Positions 62,810-64,000 of a DNA stretch of 64,000 bases are shown here, in pieces. The stretch comes from a phage: sequence record OZ346151.1; one strand, 5' to 3'. The notes under the pieces are model-generated. The model had not been told where the DNA came from and did no database searches. It saw nothing but the letters and a program-made list of their open reading frames with translations. Positions within the stretch are counted from its first letter, which is position 1; each line of letters opens with the position of its first letter. The translations under genes were made by a program, and so were the position numbers.

Positions 62810-62820
62810 AATAGTAAATA

Positions 62821-62897
62821 CTCCGCGTAGCTCAGCTTGGTAGAGCGCCTGATTTGGGATCAGGAGGTCGAGTGTTCGAATCACTCCGTGGAGACCA
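62821..62897 (+). tRNA. tRNA-Pro (anticodon TGG), CCA encoded
   Basis: Acceptor CTCCGCG/CGTGGAG (C1:G72 as in Pro tRNAs), anticodon loop TTTGGGA, T-loop TTCGAAT. Confidence 0.85.
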
Positions 62898-62943
62898 CTT
62901 TCAGTTATACTTTAAACATATATAAACAAAAGGAACCTTTAAA

Positions 62944-63213
62944 ATGTATACACTTAAAATTGTAGAGCGTGTAAATCCAACTCATACCGTAGATTTTCGT
63001 GACGATTTCAATCCTCTGGCTGTAAATCTTCGAGAGTCATATCATGAACTCAGCTGCGATGCAGTGGTGGTCTTTTTTGAAGACAACTCTGAAGGGGCGG
63101 TAGCTTGTGTTGTTGATAGTGAGCAGAAGTTTTATATTTACAGAGATGTAGATGCATACTTGATGAATGAAAACGCAGTTACTGTTAGAATCATCCACCG
63201 AGTGCCTCGATAA
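62944..63213 (+). CDS. hypothetical protein
   Basis: 89 aa; RBS AAAGGAA. Confidence 0.5.
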   Translation: MYTLKIVERVNPTHTVDFRDDFNPLAVNLRESYHELSCDAVVVFFEDNSEGAVACVVDSEQKFYIYRDVDAYLMNENAVTVRIIHRVPR

Positions 63214-63268
63214 GTATTAGTCTCCTTTTAGTTAGTTTCGATCTATTTAGGTTACTCAATTTTAACCC

Positions 63269-63300
63269 GCCCCGTTAGCTGTATAGCTGCGGGGTTTTTT
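63269..63300 (+). terminator. rho-independent terminator
   Basis: CCCCG-TTAGCTGTATAGCTGC-GGGG followed by TTTTTT. Confidence 0.65.
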
Positions 63301-63318
63301 CGTTTCTGGAGCCTTAAA

Positions 63319-63717
63319 ATGATTTCAGGTTTAACATGGCTGAGTAGGTATAGAGGGATCATAAAAGGTTTAGTTTTTGCAGCGGCTATAGGTACAGCTT
63401 ATCTTGGGGCCGTGTATTGGTTTAACTCTAAGCTTAATGAAGCCTACCAAGAAGGTGTGTTAGCAACAGAGTTGAAGTGGGAACGGATCCTTGATCAGCA
63501 ACAAAAGCAGGCCGACAAAATTAAAATGGGCCACGCAGAGGAGGTTAAAAACCTTGAAAAATCCCTTTCTGATCTACAGGATAAATTAAATATAGCTGAG
63601 AGGGCAGGTAGAGAAAAGCAGATTATCTACCTCCAATCACCTGAAGGTAAGAAGTCAACACTTCCTGATCAGCTTATAGATATTTATAATGAGAGTATCA
63701 ATCAGGAGGATCGATGA
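63319..63717 (+). CDS. i-spanin (Rz-like) candidate
   Basis: 132 aa; N-terminal TM IIKGLVFAAAIGTAYLGAVYWF then coiled-coil-like periplasmic region; stop overlaps next start (ATGA). Confidence 0.6.
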   Translation: MISGLTWLSRYRGIIKGLVFAAAIGTAYLGAVYWFNSKLNEAYQEGVLATELKWERILDQQQKQADKIKMGHAEEVKNLEKSLSDLQDKLNIAERAGREKQIIYLQSPEGKKSTLPDQLIDIYNESINQEDR

Positions 63718-64000
63718 GAGTTGCCGCACTGTTTATTGCGTGCTTGTTATTATGTGGGTGTGCAACAAGCGTTGAGAGAGAATACAAGATTGACCCTCCG
63801 GATGTAGGAAGGTTGATTGTTAAACCCCCAGAAGGTGCCATGAAACCACCTGCTAAGGCTATGCCTTTGAAGAAAGGTGCGCCAGATGCAGTGAATTCTG
63901 GCATTATGAGGGATAATAATCTGTCTTGTAGCAATGATAGAGCTAAATTGATCATTTTGCAAGACTATATTAGAACACTGTTTCCAAAGGAGAGAGGTTA
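63714..64000 (+). CDS. o-spanin (Rz1-like lipoprotein) candidate, 3' end outside window
   Basis: ATG 63714 after AGGAGGA; MRVAALFIACLLLCGCATS lipoprotein-type signal, proline-rich; not in ORF track because no stop within window. Confidence 0.55.
   Translation, partial: MRVAALFIACLLLCGCATSVEREYKIDPPDVGRLIVKPPEGAMKPPAKAMPLKKGAPDAVNSGIMRDNNLSCSNDRAKLIILQDYIRTLFPKERG

Overview
This window reads as a densely packed segment of a large virulent dsDNA phage genome (Gram-negative host; T5/T4-like gene content, about 43% GC). No database search was possible, so every call rests on motifs read directly from the ORF-track translations and the nucleotide sequence. Layout: (1) 1-2593 (+): the 3' part of a family-A DNA polymerase gene, interrupted exactly at catalytic motif C by a group I intron (1398-2239) carrying an HNH homing endonuclease. 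(2) 2600-18400 (+): about 40 small early-type genes, most with their own consensus sigma70 promoter (TTGACA-N16/17-TATAAT) and a conserved leader (short GC hairpin, CA-rich tract, Shine-Dalgarno); includes a TARG1/DarG-like macrodomain protein and an SSB-tail (DDDIPF) protein. (3) 10560-11740 and 18392-20434: repeat-rich noncoding regions. (4) 20435-58076 (-): a long leftward array with tandem families of small paralogous genes, a ribosome hibernation factor (HPF) homologue, two DNA adenine methyltransferases, ClpP-like protease, PhoH, class III RNR (nrdD split by a second HNH-containing group I-like intron, plus nrdG), glutaredoxin, class Ia RNR (nrdA/nrdB), ThyX-like thymidylate synthase, HAD nucleotidase, dNMP-kinase-like protein, DEDD exonuclease, endonuclease VII-like and RuvC-like resolvases, flap endonuclease, lambda R-like endolysin, DNA ligase, a zinc-ribbon-less Sir2 and an Rnl-like RNA ligase. 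(5) 58100-64000 (+): polynucleotide kinase plus metallophosphoesterase (with the divergent RNA ligase, a candidate RNA healing-and-sealing module), a small DNA-binding protein followed by four tandem palindromic iterons and an AT-rich tract (lambda-ori-like architecture), a GC-rich structured island, a cluster of six tRNAs plus one aberrant tRNA-like element, and an i-spanin/o-spanin pair. The most distinctive candidates for follow-up are the two group I introns, the RNA repair + Sir2 + macrodomain + HPF gene set (possible host takeover or counter-defence functions), the paralogous small-gene arrays, and the iteron/ori-like locus. Start codons of most small ORFs are approximate (the ORF track uses ATG/GTG/TTG as start).
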